In this document: piece by piece, positions 7,114-14,568 of the stretch
Numbering within the stretch: position 1 is the first letter of the stretch
Layout of the letters: every line of letters starts with the position of its first letter
IMG/VR virus record: IMGVR_UViG_3300030012_003600
Length of the DNA: 20,000 bases
Direction: 5' to 3' (one strand)
DNA from: an uncultured virus (IMG/VR IMGVR_UViG_3300030012_003600)
Lineage: Duplodnaviria; Heunggongvirae; Uroviricota; Caudoviricetes
Made by a program: the position numbers and the translations under genes
The notes under the pieces: generated by a model
What the model saw: the letters and a program-made list of their open reading frames with translations, nothing else
Database searches by the model: none
What the model was told of the DNA's origin: nothing

Positions 7114-7988
7114 TGAAAGCACTGAAAACCCCTCTTCGTTATCCTGGTGGCAAATCCAAAGCCATCAAAACTCTGTCTGCTTGGTATCCAAAAGTAATCA
7201 CTGAGTATCGTGAACCCTTTATTGGTGGGGGTTCCATTGCTATTGATGTGACCAAATCTAATCCTGACATTCCTGTTTGGATTAATGATCTGTATGTGCC
7301 CCTCTATAACTTCTGGGTGCAACTGCGTGATCGTGGTCAAGACCTCTCTGAGAGTGTCAGGGAGCAAAAAGAGAAGATGCTTGAGAGTGGCACTCAAGAG
7401 GAGAAAGATAAATTTGCTAAAGAACTGTTTAATCAGTACAAAGCAGATATTGACACTTATGATGATTTTCAGAAGGCAGTTGCTTTCTTTATCATGAACA
7501 AGTGTAGTTTCTCTGGTCTGACTGAGAACAGCACATTCTCTCGCACTGCTGCTAATTCCAATTTCTCTTTGGTTGGTGCAGATAAACTTTCTCAGTTTTC
7601 TGAACTGATTAAGAACTGGAAGATAACTAACATTGATTACTCTGAAGTAATGAATGCTGATGGTCCTGAGAATACTTTTGTATTCCTTGATCCTCCTTAT
7701 GACATCAAAGACTTTCTGTATGGAAAGAATCGTGAGATGCATAAGTCATTTGACCATGATGACTTTGCTCAAAACGTTTACAAGTGTCCTCACAAGTTCA
7801 TGATTACATACAATGTTAATGAACGACTTGAGGAATTGTATAAAGATTATGAACTTAAATATTGGAAGTTACGATATTCAATGGCACATCGTGGTGATAA
7901 AGGCACTGATGATAATGTCAAGACTGAACTTCTGGTTACTAACTATTCCCTTACTCCTAAGACACCTCTGGAGGAGCAATGGAACTGA
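7113..7988 (+). CDS. dam: DNA adenine methyltransferase (D12/Dam class)
   Basis: LRYPGGKS, EPFIGGGS (SAM binding), IND, FLDPPY (catalytic) and ELLVTNY motifs. Confidence 0.9.
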   Translation: MKALKTPLRYPGGKSKAIKTLSAWYPKVITEYREPFIGGGSIAIDVTKSNPDIPVWINDLYVPLYNFWVQLRDRGQDLSESVREQKEKMLESGTQEEKDKFAKELFNQYKADIDTYDDFQKAVAFFIMNKCSFSGLTENSTFSRTAANSNFSLVGADKLSQFSELIKNWKITNIDYSEVMNADGPENTFVFLDPPYDIKDFLYGKNREMHKSFDHDDFAQNVYKCPHKFMITYNVNERLEELYKDYELKYWKLRYSMAHRGDKGTDDNVKTELLVTNYSLTPKTPLEEQWN

Positions 7989-8347
7989 AAGATTGGTTGA
8001 ATTCCATTAACTTCAATAAGGAAGATTTAAGTGAGGACACTAGCTCTTACCCTCCATATATCGTTAATCGTTGTTTGTCTGGTCATCTTGATTGTATCAT
8101 GTTTGCTAATCAGATGAATTTATATAATCATCTTGATAAAGATATGCAATATTCTTTTTATCTAAATAGTCTGAGGAAAAGAAAGAGATTCTCTCCCTGG
8201 CTCCGAAAGGAAAAAGTCACGGATTTAGAATGTATCAAAAAATATTATGGATACAGTAATGAAAAAGCATCTCAAGCTCTGAAAATCCTGACAAAAGAAC
8301 AGATTAACTTTATTAAACAACGACTTGATATTGGAGGCGCTAAATGA
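7979..8347 (+). CDS. gp62: Clamp loader small subunit gp62
   Basis: YPPYIVNRCLS...ANQMN...RKRKRFSPW...KKYYGYSNEKA pattern; located immediately upstream of regA. Confidence 0.92.
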   Translation: MELKDWLNSINFNKEDLSEDTSSYPPYIVNRCLSGHLDCIMFANQMNLYNHLDKDMQYSFYLNSLRKRKRFSPWLRKEKVTDLECIKKYYGYSNEKASQALKILTKEQINFIKQRLDIGGAK

Positions 8348-8781
8348 CTAATACTGTAGAACCTACGGTTGAGTGGTCTCAAGACCAAATGGTAGAGGTA
8401 CTTCTTAATGAACCTGATGACTTCTTGAAGGTGAGAGAGACACTGACAAGAATTGGTGTCGCATCCCGTAAAGAAAAGAAACTCTATCAGTCTTGCCACA
8501 TCCTGCACAAACAGGGAAGATATTTTATTGTTCACTTTAAGGAACTATTTGCCCTAGATGGCAAACACGCTAACTTGACTGTAAACGATGTTCAGAGACG
8601 TAATCGCATTGCACGACTTCTTGCAGACTGGGGATTGATTAGTGTTGTCAAGGAAGATTCTGTTCTTGATATTGCACCTCTTAATCAGATCAAGGTGCTT
8701 GCATACAAGGACAAATCTGACTGGGTACTAGAGCAGAAGTATAATATCGGTAAGAAAGGAAAGACCCAGGAAACCGAATAA
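8344..8781 (+). CDS. regA: Translational repressor RegA
   Basis: PDDFLKVRETLTRIGVAS, LYQSCHILHKQGRYFIVHFKELFALDG and RRNRIARLLADWGL match T4 RegA. Confidence 0.97.
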   Translation: MTNTVEPTVEWSQDQMVEVLLNEPDDFLKVRETLTRIGVASRKEKKLYQSCHILHKQGRYFIVHFKELFALDGKHANLTVNDVQRRNRIARLLADWGLISVVKEDSVLDIAPLNQIKVLAYKDKSDWVLEQKYNIGKKGKTQETE

Positions 8782-8784
8782 ATA
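8777..8784 (+). promoter_or_regulatory. T4-like late promoter variant AATAAATA overlapping the regA stop
   Basis: 7/8 match to the gp55 consensus TATAAATA. Confidence 0.5.
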
Positions 8785-8787
8785 AAC

Positions 8788-8866
8788 GTGCGATCTTTCG
8801 TGCGGTCGCTTCAAAAGTCGGAAACCCTTACAAGGAGGTGCGGTTATTACCGTATCTCCTTTTTTT
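8788..8866 (+). ncRNA. Candidate small RNA or structured regA 3' UTR
   Basis: Hairpin GCGATC-tttcgtgc-GGTCGC (8790-8809), linker, then a strong terminator; no ORF; preceded by a late-promoter-like motif. Confidence 0.4.
8832..8866 (+). terminator. Rho-independent terminator after regA
   Basis: Stem AAGGAGGTGCGGT-tatt-ACCGTATCTCCTT followed by a T run. Confidence 0.85.
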
Positions 8867-8875
8867 GTACTGTGA

Positions 8876-8883
8876 TATAAATA
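8876..8883 (+). promoter_or_regulatory. T4 late promoter TATAAATA for hsp20
   Basis: Exact consensus, 56 nt upstream of the hsp20 ATG. Confidence 0.8.
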
Positions 8884-8887
8884 TATC

Positions 8888-8942
8888 GGATGCCTTCGGG
8901 GTCCACACAATCAAATCTCGCTTTTAAAGGAGTAGTACAATG
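8888..8942 (+). promoter_or_regulatory. Structured hsp20 5' UTR, ROSE-like RNA thermometer candidate
   Basis: 5' hairpin GGATGCC-TTCG-GGGTCC, then CTCGCTT-tta-AAGGAG in which UCGCU can pair with the SD leaving a bulged G. Confidence 0.55.
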
Positions 8943-9374
8943 ACTAACCTCGCACGATATACTGCGTCTGATCTTCCAGAGCTATTGGATAAGATCTCTA
9001 AGAATAGTATTGGTATGAATGAATACCTAAATAGAGTATTCGACTTACATGAAACAACGTCGAACTATCCACCCTATAATCTAGTTCAAGTCAGTAATGT
9101 AGAATCAAGACTTGAAATAGCACTAGCAGGTTTTAAAAAAGCAGAAGTAAATGTCTACACTCAAGACGGAAAACTCTTCATTGAAGGACAAAAAGAAGAC
9201 AAAGAAACAGGAACAAACTACATCCATCGAGGAATGGCTCAACGATCTTTCACCAGATCTTGGACCCTCAGTGATGAGACGGAAGTTAGATCAGTTGAAT
9301 TTGAGGATGGGTTGCTGAGTGTAATACTTGGTAGAATTGTACCCGATCATCATAAGAGAAAAGACTGGTTCTAA
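8940..9374 (+). CDS. hsp20: Small heat shock protein (Hsp20/IbpA family)
   Basis: NYPPYNL, LEIALAGF, YIHRGMAQRSFTRSWTL and FEDGLLSV motifs; AAGGAG SD at 8927-8932. Confidence 0.96.
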   Translation: MTNLARYTASDLPELLDKISKNSIGMNEYLNRVFDLHETTSNYPPYNLVQVSNVESRLEIALAGFKKAEVNVYTQDGKLFIEGQKEDKETGTNYIHRGMAQRSFTRSWTLSDETEVRSVEFEDGLLSVILGRIVPDHHKRKDWF

Positions 9375-9397
9375 ATATAATTGAATATCGTCGCCGC

Positions 9398-9439
9398 AGA
9401 GGGGCAACTGGCACAATCCAGTTGACGCCCCTCTTTTTT
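9398..9439 (+). terminator. Rho-independent terminator after hsp20
   Basis: AGAGGGGC-AACTGG-cacaat-CCAGTT-gac-GCCCCTCT followed by TTTTT. Confidence 0.8.
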
Positions 9440-9450
9440 CTTGGTAAAAT
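9422..9450 (+). promoter_or_regulatory. Sigma70-type promoter TTGACG-N17-TAAAAT embedded in the terminator
   Basis: TTGACG 9422-9427, TG 9442-9443, TAAAAT 9445-9450; ATG 9473. Confidence 0.75.
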
Positions 9451-9472
9451 ACTTTTGAAGTTAAAATGTTTC

Positions 9473-9775
9473 ATGGCACCCAAGAAAAAAGAGTATGTTG
9501 AAGCCGTCTCACCTGTATCAGGTAATGGTGTTAATTATGAAGTAGTCAGTCGCACGGTAACTGAAAATGCTCATCTTCGTTGGCCTGACGTTAAAATTGA
9601 TCCTTATGATGAGATTGTAGAAGTCAGGAAAAAAACTTGTTATGGTAATCCCGAAGAAACTTTTGAAACATTTGAGACAGCGAGATATCGTAAGTACAAA
9701 CCTGTTCCTGAACTTCCGACAGAAGTCAAAGTAGAAAAGCAAAAAGTAAAACCAGAAGTTAAGGTAAAATCATGA
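9473..9775 (+). CDS. Hypothetical protein (100 aa, Lys/Glu/Val-rich C-terminus)
   Basis: ATG 9473 (MAPKKKEY) lies downstream of the promoter; ATGA overlap with the next gene. The TTG start at 9422 in the track is the -35 box. Confidence 0.7.
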   Translation: MAPKKKEYVEAVSPVSGNGVNYEVVSRTVTENAHLRWPDVKIDPYDEIVEVRKKTCYGNPEETFETFETARYRKYKPVPELPTEVKVEKQKVKPEVKVKS

Positions 9776-10143
9776 CTATTAAATTATTGTTGCTAAAGTC
9801 TGGTGAAGACATGATTGCTGATGTCAAAGAGATGGCATTTGGTGAAGATGAAGAACGTCGTGTGGTAGGATATTATCTGAACAAACCATGCGTCATTAAG
9901 ATGCGTGATCCTAACGTTCTTGATGATGAAAGTGAGGGACGTGGACGTAAAGCAGGATATGAAGTATCACTGTTTCCTTGGATGCCATTGTCTGCAGAAG
10001 AAACAATTCCAATACCCTCAGATTGGGTTGTAACAATGGTTGAACCAACTGTTAAACTTAAAGAAATGTATGTAGAGGACATCGTAAACTATGGACAAAA
10101 TAATCAAAGTAATTCTGCTGACGAACAACGAGAAACTGATTAG
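9772..10143 (+). CDS. Conserved hypothetical protein, possible Sm-like fold (paralog A)
   Basis: IKLLLLKSGEDMIADVKE...LNKP...LFPWMP...VVTMVEP; visibly similar to the next ORF. Confidence 0.75.
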   Translation: MTIKLLLLKSGEDMIADVKEMAFGEDEERRVVGYYLNKPCVIKMRDPNVLDDESEGRGRKAGYEVSLFPWMPLSAEETIPIPSDWVVTMVEPTVKLKEMYVEDIVNYGQNNQSNSADEQRETD

Positions 10144-10348
10144 TGAGATTGAAGAAGTTGGTGCTGATATTGGTCAGCCCGACTGCAAACTGATTAATCC
10201 TATGGAAATCTGGGAGCATAAGAACCTTGCTCCATGGATGATGAACTACACCCAGCAAGATAATTTTATGATTAGTTCTGATAAGATTATTACTCTTGCT
10301 GATCCTATGCCCACTCTACTTGAAAAATACATCGAACTGACTAAGTAA
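10091..10348 (+). CDS. Conserved hypothetical protein, possible Sm-like fold (paralog B)
   Basis: IKVILLTNNEKLISEIEE...LINP...LAPWM...IITLADP; GAGG SD upstream; TAATG coupling to gp43. Confidence 0.75.
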   Translation: MDKIIKVILLTNNEKLISEIEEVGADIGQPDCKLINPMEIWEHKNLAPWMMNYTQQDNFMISSDKIITLADPMPTLLEKYIELTK

Positions 10349-12843
10349 TGCGTTTCTACACTAATGTTCAATTGATTGGTAATCAGTTCCTCGTTCGGGG
10401 AGTTGAGAATGGTAGGAGGTATGAACATAGAGATGAGTTTTTTCCTACCTTGTTTGTTAAATCTAAGAGAGATAGTAAGTATCGAACATTAAGTGGAGAA
10501 CCTGTAGAAGAAGTGCATCCTGGCACTGTTCGTGATTGTCGTGAGTTCTATAAGAAATATGATGAAGTTGATGGATTTCCAATCTATGGAAATGACAGAT
10601 ACATCTATCAATATATTTCTGAAAAATATCCTGAAGATGAAATTAAATTTGATATTAGTAAAATCAAACTTGTAACTCTTGATATTGAGACTACTGCAGA
10701 AAAAGGATTTCCTGATGTAGAGTCTGCATCAGAAGAGATTCTTGCGATCACAATTCAAGACTACACTACTAAAGATATTATTACCTGGGGTGTTAAACCT
10801 TTTGTGAATAAGCAGAAGAATGTCACCTATCATCACTGTCCCACAGAACACGAACTGCTGAGTCACTTTATTAACTATTGGATGCAGGATGTTCCTGATG
10901 TCATCACTGGTTGGAACATTCAGTTGTTCGATATTCCGTACATCTGCAAACGACTCAATCGTGTATTGGGTGAGAAGTTGATGAAGAGATTCTCTCCATG
11001 GGGTCTTGTATCTCAGGGTGAGGCATTCATTATGGGACGTAAGCACACCACGTTTGACGTGGGTGGTGTGACTCAACTTGACTATCTTGATCTGTATAAG
11101 AAATTTACATATAAAGCACAGGAATCATATCGTCTTGACTACATAGCTAGTGTGGAGTTGGGGCAAAAGAAACTAGATCACTCTGAGTATGAAACTTTCA
11201 AAGATTTTTATACTCACGGATGGCAAAAATTTATTGAATACAATATCGTTGACGTAGAACTTGTTGACCGTCTGGAAGACAAGATGAAACTGATCGAACT
11301 TGCATTGACTATGGCATATGATGCTAAAGTCAACTATGCAGATGTGTTCTATCAGGTTCGTATGTGGGACAATATTATCTACAACTATCTGAAAAAACGT
11401 GATATTGTTATTCCCCCAAAGATTAGGTCCGATAAAAACGAAAAGTACGCAGGTGCTTATGTCAAGGAACCGATTCCTGGAAAGTATGATTGGGTGGTCA
11501 GTTTTGACCTTAATAGTCTGTACCCTCATCTTATTATGCAATACAATATTTCCCCAGAAACACTCTTGGACGAGAAACATCCCACAGCTTCGGTTGATAG
11601 AATCCTTAAGGAAGAAATAAACTTTGAATTGTATAAGGACAACGCAGTATGTCCAAATGGTGCAATGTTTAGGAAAGATGTTCGTGGATTCCTTCCTGAA
11701 TTGATGGAGAAAATGTATGGTGATCGTGTCATCTTCAAAAAGAAAATGCTTGCCGCAAAGCAAGAGTACGAGAAGACTCCTACTGTTACACTTGAAAAAG
11801 AAATCGCTAGATGTAACAATATTCAAATGGCAAAGAAGATTTCTCTTAACTCTGCTTATGGTGCTATTGGTAATCAATACTTCCGGTATTATAAATTAGA
11901 GAATGCAGAAGCAATTACCTTGTCCGGTCAGGTTTCAATTCGTTGGATTGAAGGTAAGATGAATGACTATCTAAACAAACTTTTGCAAACAGAAGATGTT
12001 GATTATGTTGTCGCATCTGATACTGATTCAATCTATCTCAATATGGGACCTCTTGTTGATAAATTTTTTAGTGGTAAATCTAACAATAAAGTAGCAATTG
12101 TTTCTATACTTGATAAGATATGTCAAGAAAAGTTGGAACCATTTATCGAGTCTAGTTATCAGAAACTTGCGGATTACGTTTCGGCATATGAACAAAAAAT
12201 GCAAATGAAACGTGAGAATATTGCAGATCGTGGTATCTGGACTGCAAAGAAACGATATATTCTTAACGTATGGAATAGTGAAGGTGTTCAATACACTGAA
12301 CCTAAACTTAAGGTGATGGGTATTGAATCTGTGAAGTCATCAACACCTGCACCTTGCCGTCAGATGTTGAAAGATGCCTTCAAGATTCTGATGACTGGTA
12401 CTGAGGATGAGATGATTAAGTTCATCGACACCAAACGTGAAGAGTTTAAGAAACTGCCACCAGAAGAAATCTCTTTTCCACGGTCAGTTTCTGATGTGAT
12501 TAAGTACAAAGCACATTCTGAAATTTATATCAAGGGAACTCCTATTCATGTTCGTGGTGCTTTGCTCTTCAATCATTATATTTTAAAGAATAAACTAGAC
12601 AATAAATATTCACTCATCAGAAATGGTGAGAAAATTAAGTTCTGTTATTTAAAGAAACCAAACAGCATTCATGAGAATGTTATCTCTTTTATTCAGGACT
12701 TTCCCAAGGAACTAGGCATTGACAAGTATATTGACTATGACCTACAATTTGAAAAGTCATTCCTTGAACCACTCAAAGCAATCCTTGATTCGATTGGTTG
12801 GAGTGTAGAAAAAACTGTAAATCTGGAACTATTTTTTTCCTAA
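10348..12843 (+). CDS. gp43: Family B DNA polymerase gp43
   Basis: ExoI DIET, ExoII GWNIQLFDIPY, ExoIII YNIVDV, polymerase motifs SFDLNSLYP, KISLNSAYG and SDTDS; C-terminal LELFFS clamp-binding-like tail. Confidence 0.98.
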   Translation: MRFYTNVQLIGNQFLVRGVENGRRYEHRDEFFPTLFVKSKRDSKYRTLSGEPVEEVHPGTVRDCREFYKKYDEVDGFPIYGNDRYIYQYISEKYPEDEIKFDISKIKLVTLDIETTAEKGFPDVESASEEILAITIQDYTTKDIITWGVKPFVNKQKNVTYHHCPTEHELLSHFINYWMQDVPDVITGWNIQLFDIPYICKRLNRVLGEKLMKRFSPWGLVSQGEAFIMGRKHTTFDVGGVTQLDYLDLYKKFTYKAQESYRLDYIASVELGQKKLDHSEYETFKDFYTHGWQKFIEYNIVDVELVDRLEDKMKLIELALTMAYDAKVNYADVFYQVRMWDNIIYNYLKKRDIVIPPKIRSDKNEKYAGAYVKEPIPGKYDWVVSFDLNSLYPHLIMQYNISPETLLDEKHPTASVDRILKEEINFELYKDNAVCPNGAMFRKDVRGFLPELMEKMYGDRVIFKKKMLAAKQEYEKTPTVTLEKEIARCNNIQMAKKISLNSAYGAIGNQYFRYYKLENAEAITLSGQVSIRWIEGKMNDYLNKLLQTEDVDYVVASDTDSIYLNMGPLVDKFFSGKSNNKVAIVSILDKICQEKLEPFIESSYQKLADYVSAYEQKMQMKRENIADRGIWTAKKRYILNVWNSEGVQYTEPKLKVMGIESVKSSTPAPCRQMLKDAFKILMTGTEDEMIKFIDTKREEFKKLPPEEISFPRSVSDVIKYKAHSEIYIKGTPIHVRGALLFNHYILKNKLDNKYSLIRNGEKIKFCYLKKPNSIHENVISFIQDFPKELGIDKYIDYDLQFEKSFLEPLKAILDSIGWSVEKTVNLELFFS

Positions 12844-13013
12844 TGGACCTGCCTATTAACGATAAAGAACTTGCAACCATTGTGAGTGCATTGCGACTCG
12901 GTGGTGATGCTGCCCTTTATCAAAAATTGAATATAATTAAAGAGATCCGTGAGGAAAATCCTGGTGGATCTTATAAAAAAATTGCTCGTGAACAATTCGG
13001 ATTTGTACTGTAA
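12843..13013 (+). CDS. Hypothetical protein, 56 aa (MDLPINDKELATIVSALRLGGD...)
   Basis: TAATG overlaps at both ends (gp43 and uvsX). Confidence 0.75.
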   Translation: MDLPINDKELATIVSALRLGGDAALYQKLNIIKEIREENPGGSYKKIAREQFGFVL

Positions 13014-14029
13014 TGGATTTTCTTAAAGAAATTGTAAAAGAAATCGGAGATGACTACACAAGACTCGCAGCAGACATCGACGACACAGAAAAATATGTGG
13101 ATACAGGTTCGTACATTTTTAACGGACTTTGTTCAGGGAGTATATTTGGTGGTGTATCTGGGAATAAGATTACTGCCATTGCTGGGGAGTCTAGCACTGG
13201 AAAAACTTTTTTCAGTCTTGCTGTCGTCAAAAACTTCCTTGATGCTAACCCTGATGGTTATTGTTTATATTTTGACACTGAAGCCGCTGTTAACAAGGCT
13301 CTTATCGCAAGTCGTGGGATTGACCTAGACCGACTAGTTGTCATTAATGTTGTTACAATTGAAGAGTTTAGGACGAAAGCACTAAAAGCAGTTGATATAT
13401 ACTTAAAAAAACCTGAAGATGAACGCAGACCCTGTATGTTTGTGCTAGACTCTTTGGGTATGCTGTCTACAGAAAAAGAGATCACTGACGCACTGAACGA
13501 TAAACAAGTTCGTGACATGACCAAATCTCAACTGGTCAAAGGTGCATTCAGAATGTTGACTCTGAAACTAGGACAAGCAAACATTCCCATGATCGTTACG
13601 AATCATACCTACGATGTCATTGGTGCTTATGTCCCTACAAAAGAAATGGGTGGAGGCAGTGGACTCAAGTATGCTGCTTCTACAATCATCTATCTCAGCA
13701 AAAAGAAAGAAAAGGATGGAACGACTATCGTCGGAAACCTTATCAAGGCAAAGACTGCTAAGTCGCGTCTAAGTAAGGAGAACAAAGATGTTACAGTGCG
13801 TTTGTATTACGATGAGCGTGGTCTTGATCGATATTATGGCCTTCTTGAACTTGGTGAGATTGGAGGACTTTGGAAAAACATTGCAGGTCGTTATGAAATG
13901 ACTGTTGATGGTGAGACCAAGAAAGTCTATGCTAAAGCAATACTAAAAGATCCTGAAACTTATTTTACTCCTGAGGTAATGGAACAATTAGATGAGATTG
14001 CTAAGGAGGAATTCAGTTACGGTTCATGA
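13013..14029 (+). CDS. uvsX: RecA-like recombinase UvsX
   Basis: Walker A AGESSTGKT, YFDTE, FVLDSLGML, VTNHTY and MGGGSGLKYAAS motifs. Confidence 0.96.
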   Translation: MDFLKEIVKEIGDDYTRLAADIDDTEKYVDTGSYIFNGLCSGSIFGGVSGNKITAIAGESSTGKTFFSLAVVKNFLDANPDGYCLYFDTEAAVNKALIASRGIDLDRLVVINVVTIEEFRTKALKAVDIYLKKPEDERRPCMFVLDSLGMLSTEKEITDALNDKQVRDMTKSQLVKGAFRMLTLKLGQANIPMIVTNHTYDVIGAYVPTKEMGGGSGLKYAASTIIYLSKKKEKDGTTIVGNLIKAKTAKSRLSKENKDVTVRLYYDERGLDRYYGLLELGEIGGLWKNIAGRYEMTVDGETKKVYAKAILKDPETYFTPEVMEQLDEIAKEEFSYGS

Positions 14030-14568
14030 TTAAGATTCTAAAAACTGGAATCAAAGTTGATAAAGTAATACAACAATTAAAGAAAAATCCAGGGGACTGG
14101 GATCACCAGAAAAATTTGGAAGGATCTCAGTCTCTTGTTGACAAAGGGTTTTCTGACTTGCCAGTAAGTGCATTGCAACTTATAATAGGTGGTGTCAAAC
14201 ACAAAGATGATTTTGTAGGAGACTCTGAGATCAACATCAAAACTCCTGCTTATGCACATCATAGTGAGATTAGAAAGATCATACGCAAGCATTTTAAGAA
14301 AGCAGACATTCACAGATGCGGATTTCTTTCACTTCCCATAGATGAGATTGTAGGAGCACATATTGATGAAGGCACTTACTATCTTTCCAGGAATAGATAT
14401 CATCTTTCTATTCTAGGAAGGTATCAGTATTTCTGTGGTAAAGAAAGTGTCATCGTAGAACCAGGAACACTTCTTTGGTTTAATAATAAATTGCCTCATG
14501 GCACCGTAAATATCGGTGATGAGACACGGATCACATTCGTATTTGATATTCCTCATGGACAAAGTTGA
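14026..14568 (+). CDS. 2OG-Fe(II) oxygenase, aspartyl/asparaginyl beta-hydroxylase-like
   Basis: HxD (AHIDEG), RYHLSI, WFNNKLPH (distal His) and RITFVFD motifs. Confidence 0.8.
   Translation: MIKILKTGIKVDKVIQQLKKNPGDWDHQKNLEGSQSLVDKGFSDLPVSALQLIIGGVKHKDDFVGDSEINIKTPAYAHHSEIRKIIRKHFKKADIHRCGFLSLPIDEIVGAHIDEGTYYLSRNRYHLSILGRYQYFCGKESVIVEPGTLLWFNNKLPHGTVNIGDETRITFVFDIPHGQS

Noticed and set aside
7104..7742. 212-aa minus-strand ORF
   Set aside because: Antisense shadow of the Dam-like MTase with no recognisable motifs; all credible genes are on the + strand.
9422..9472. N-terminal extension of the 9422..9775 ORF
   Set aside because: The TTG is the -35 box within a terminator; ATG 9473 is the plausible start.
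11173..11877. 234-aa minus-strand ORF and other short alternative-frame ORFs inside gp43, gp44, gp41, uvsX and cobS
   Set aside because: Fully nested in conserved genes and explained by codon bias.
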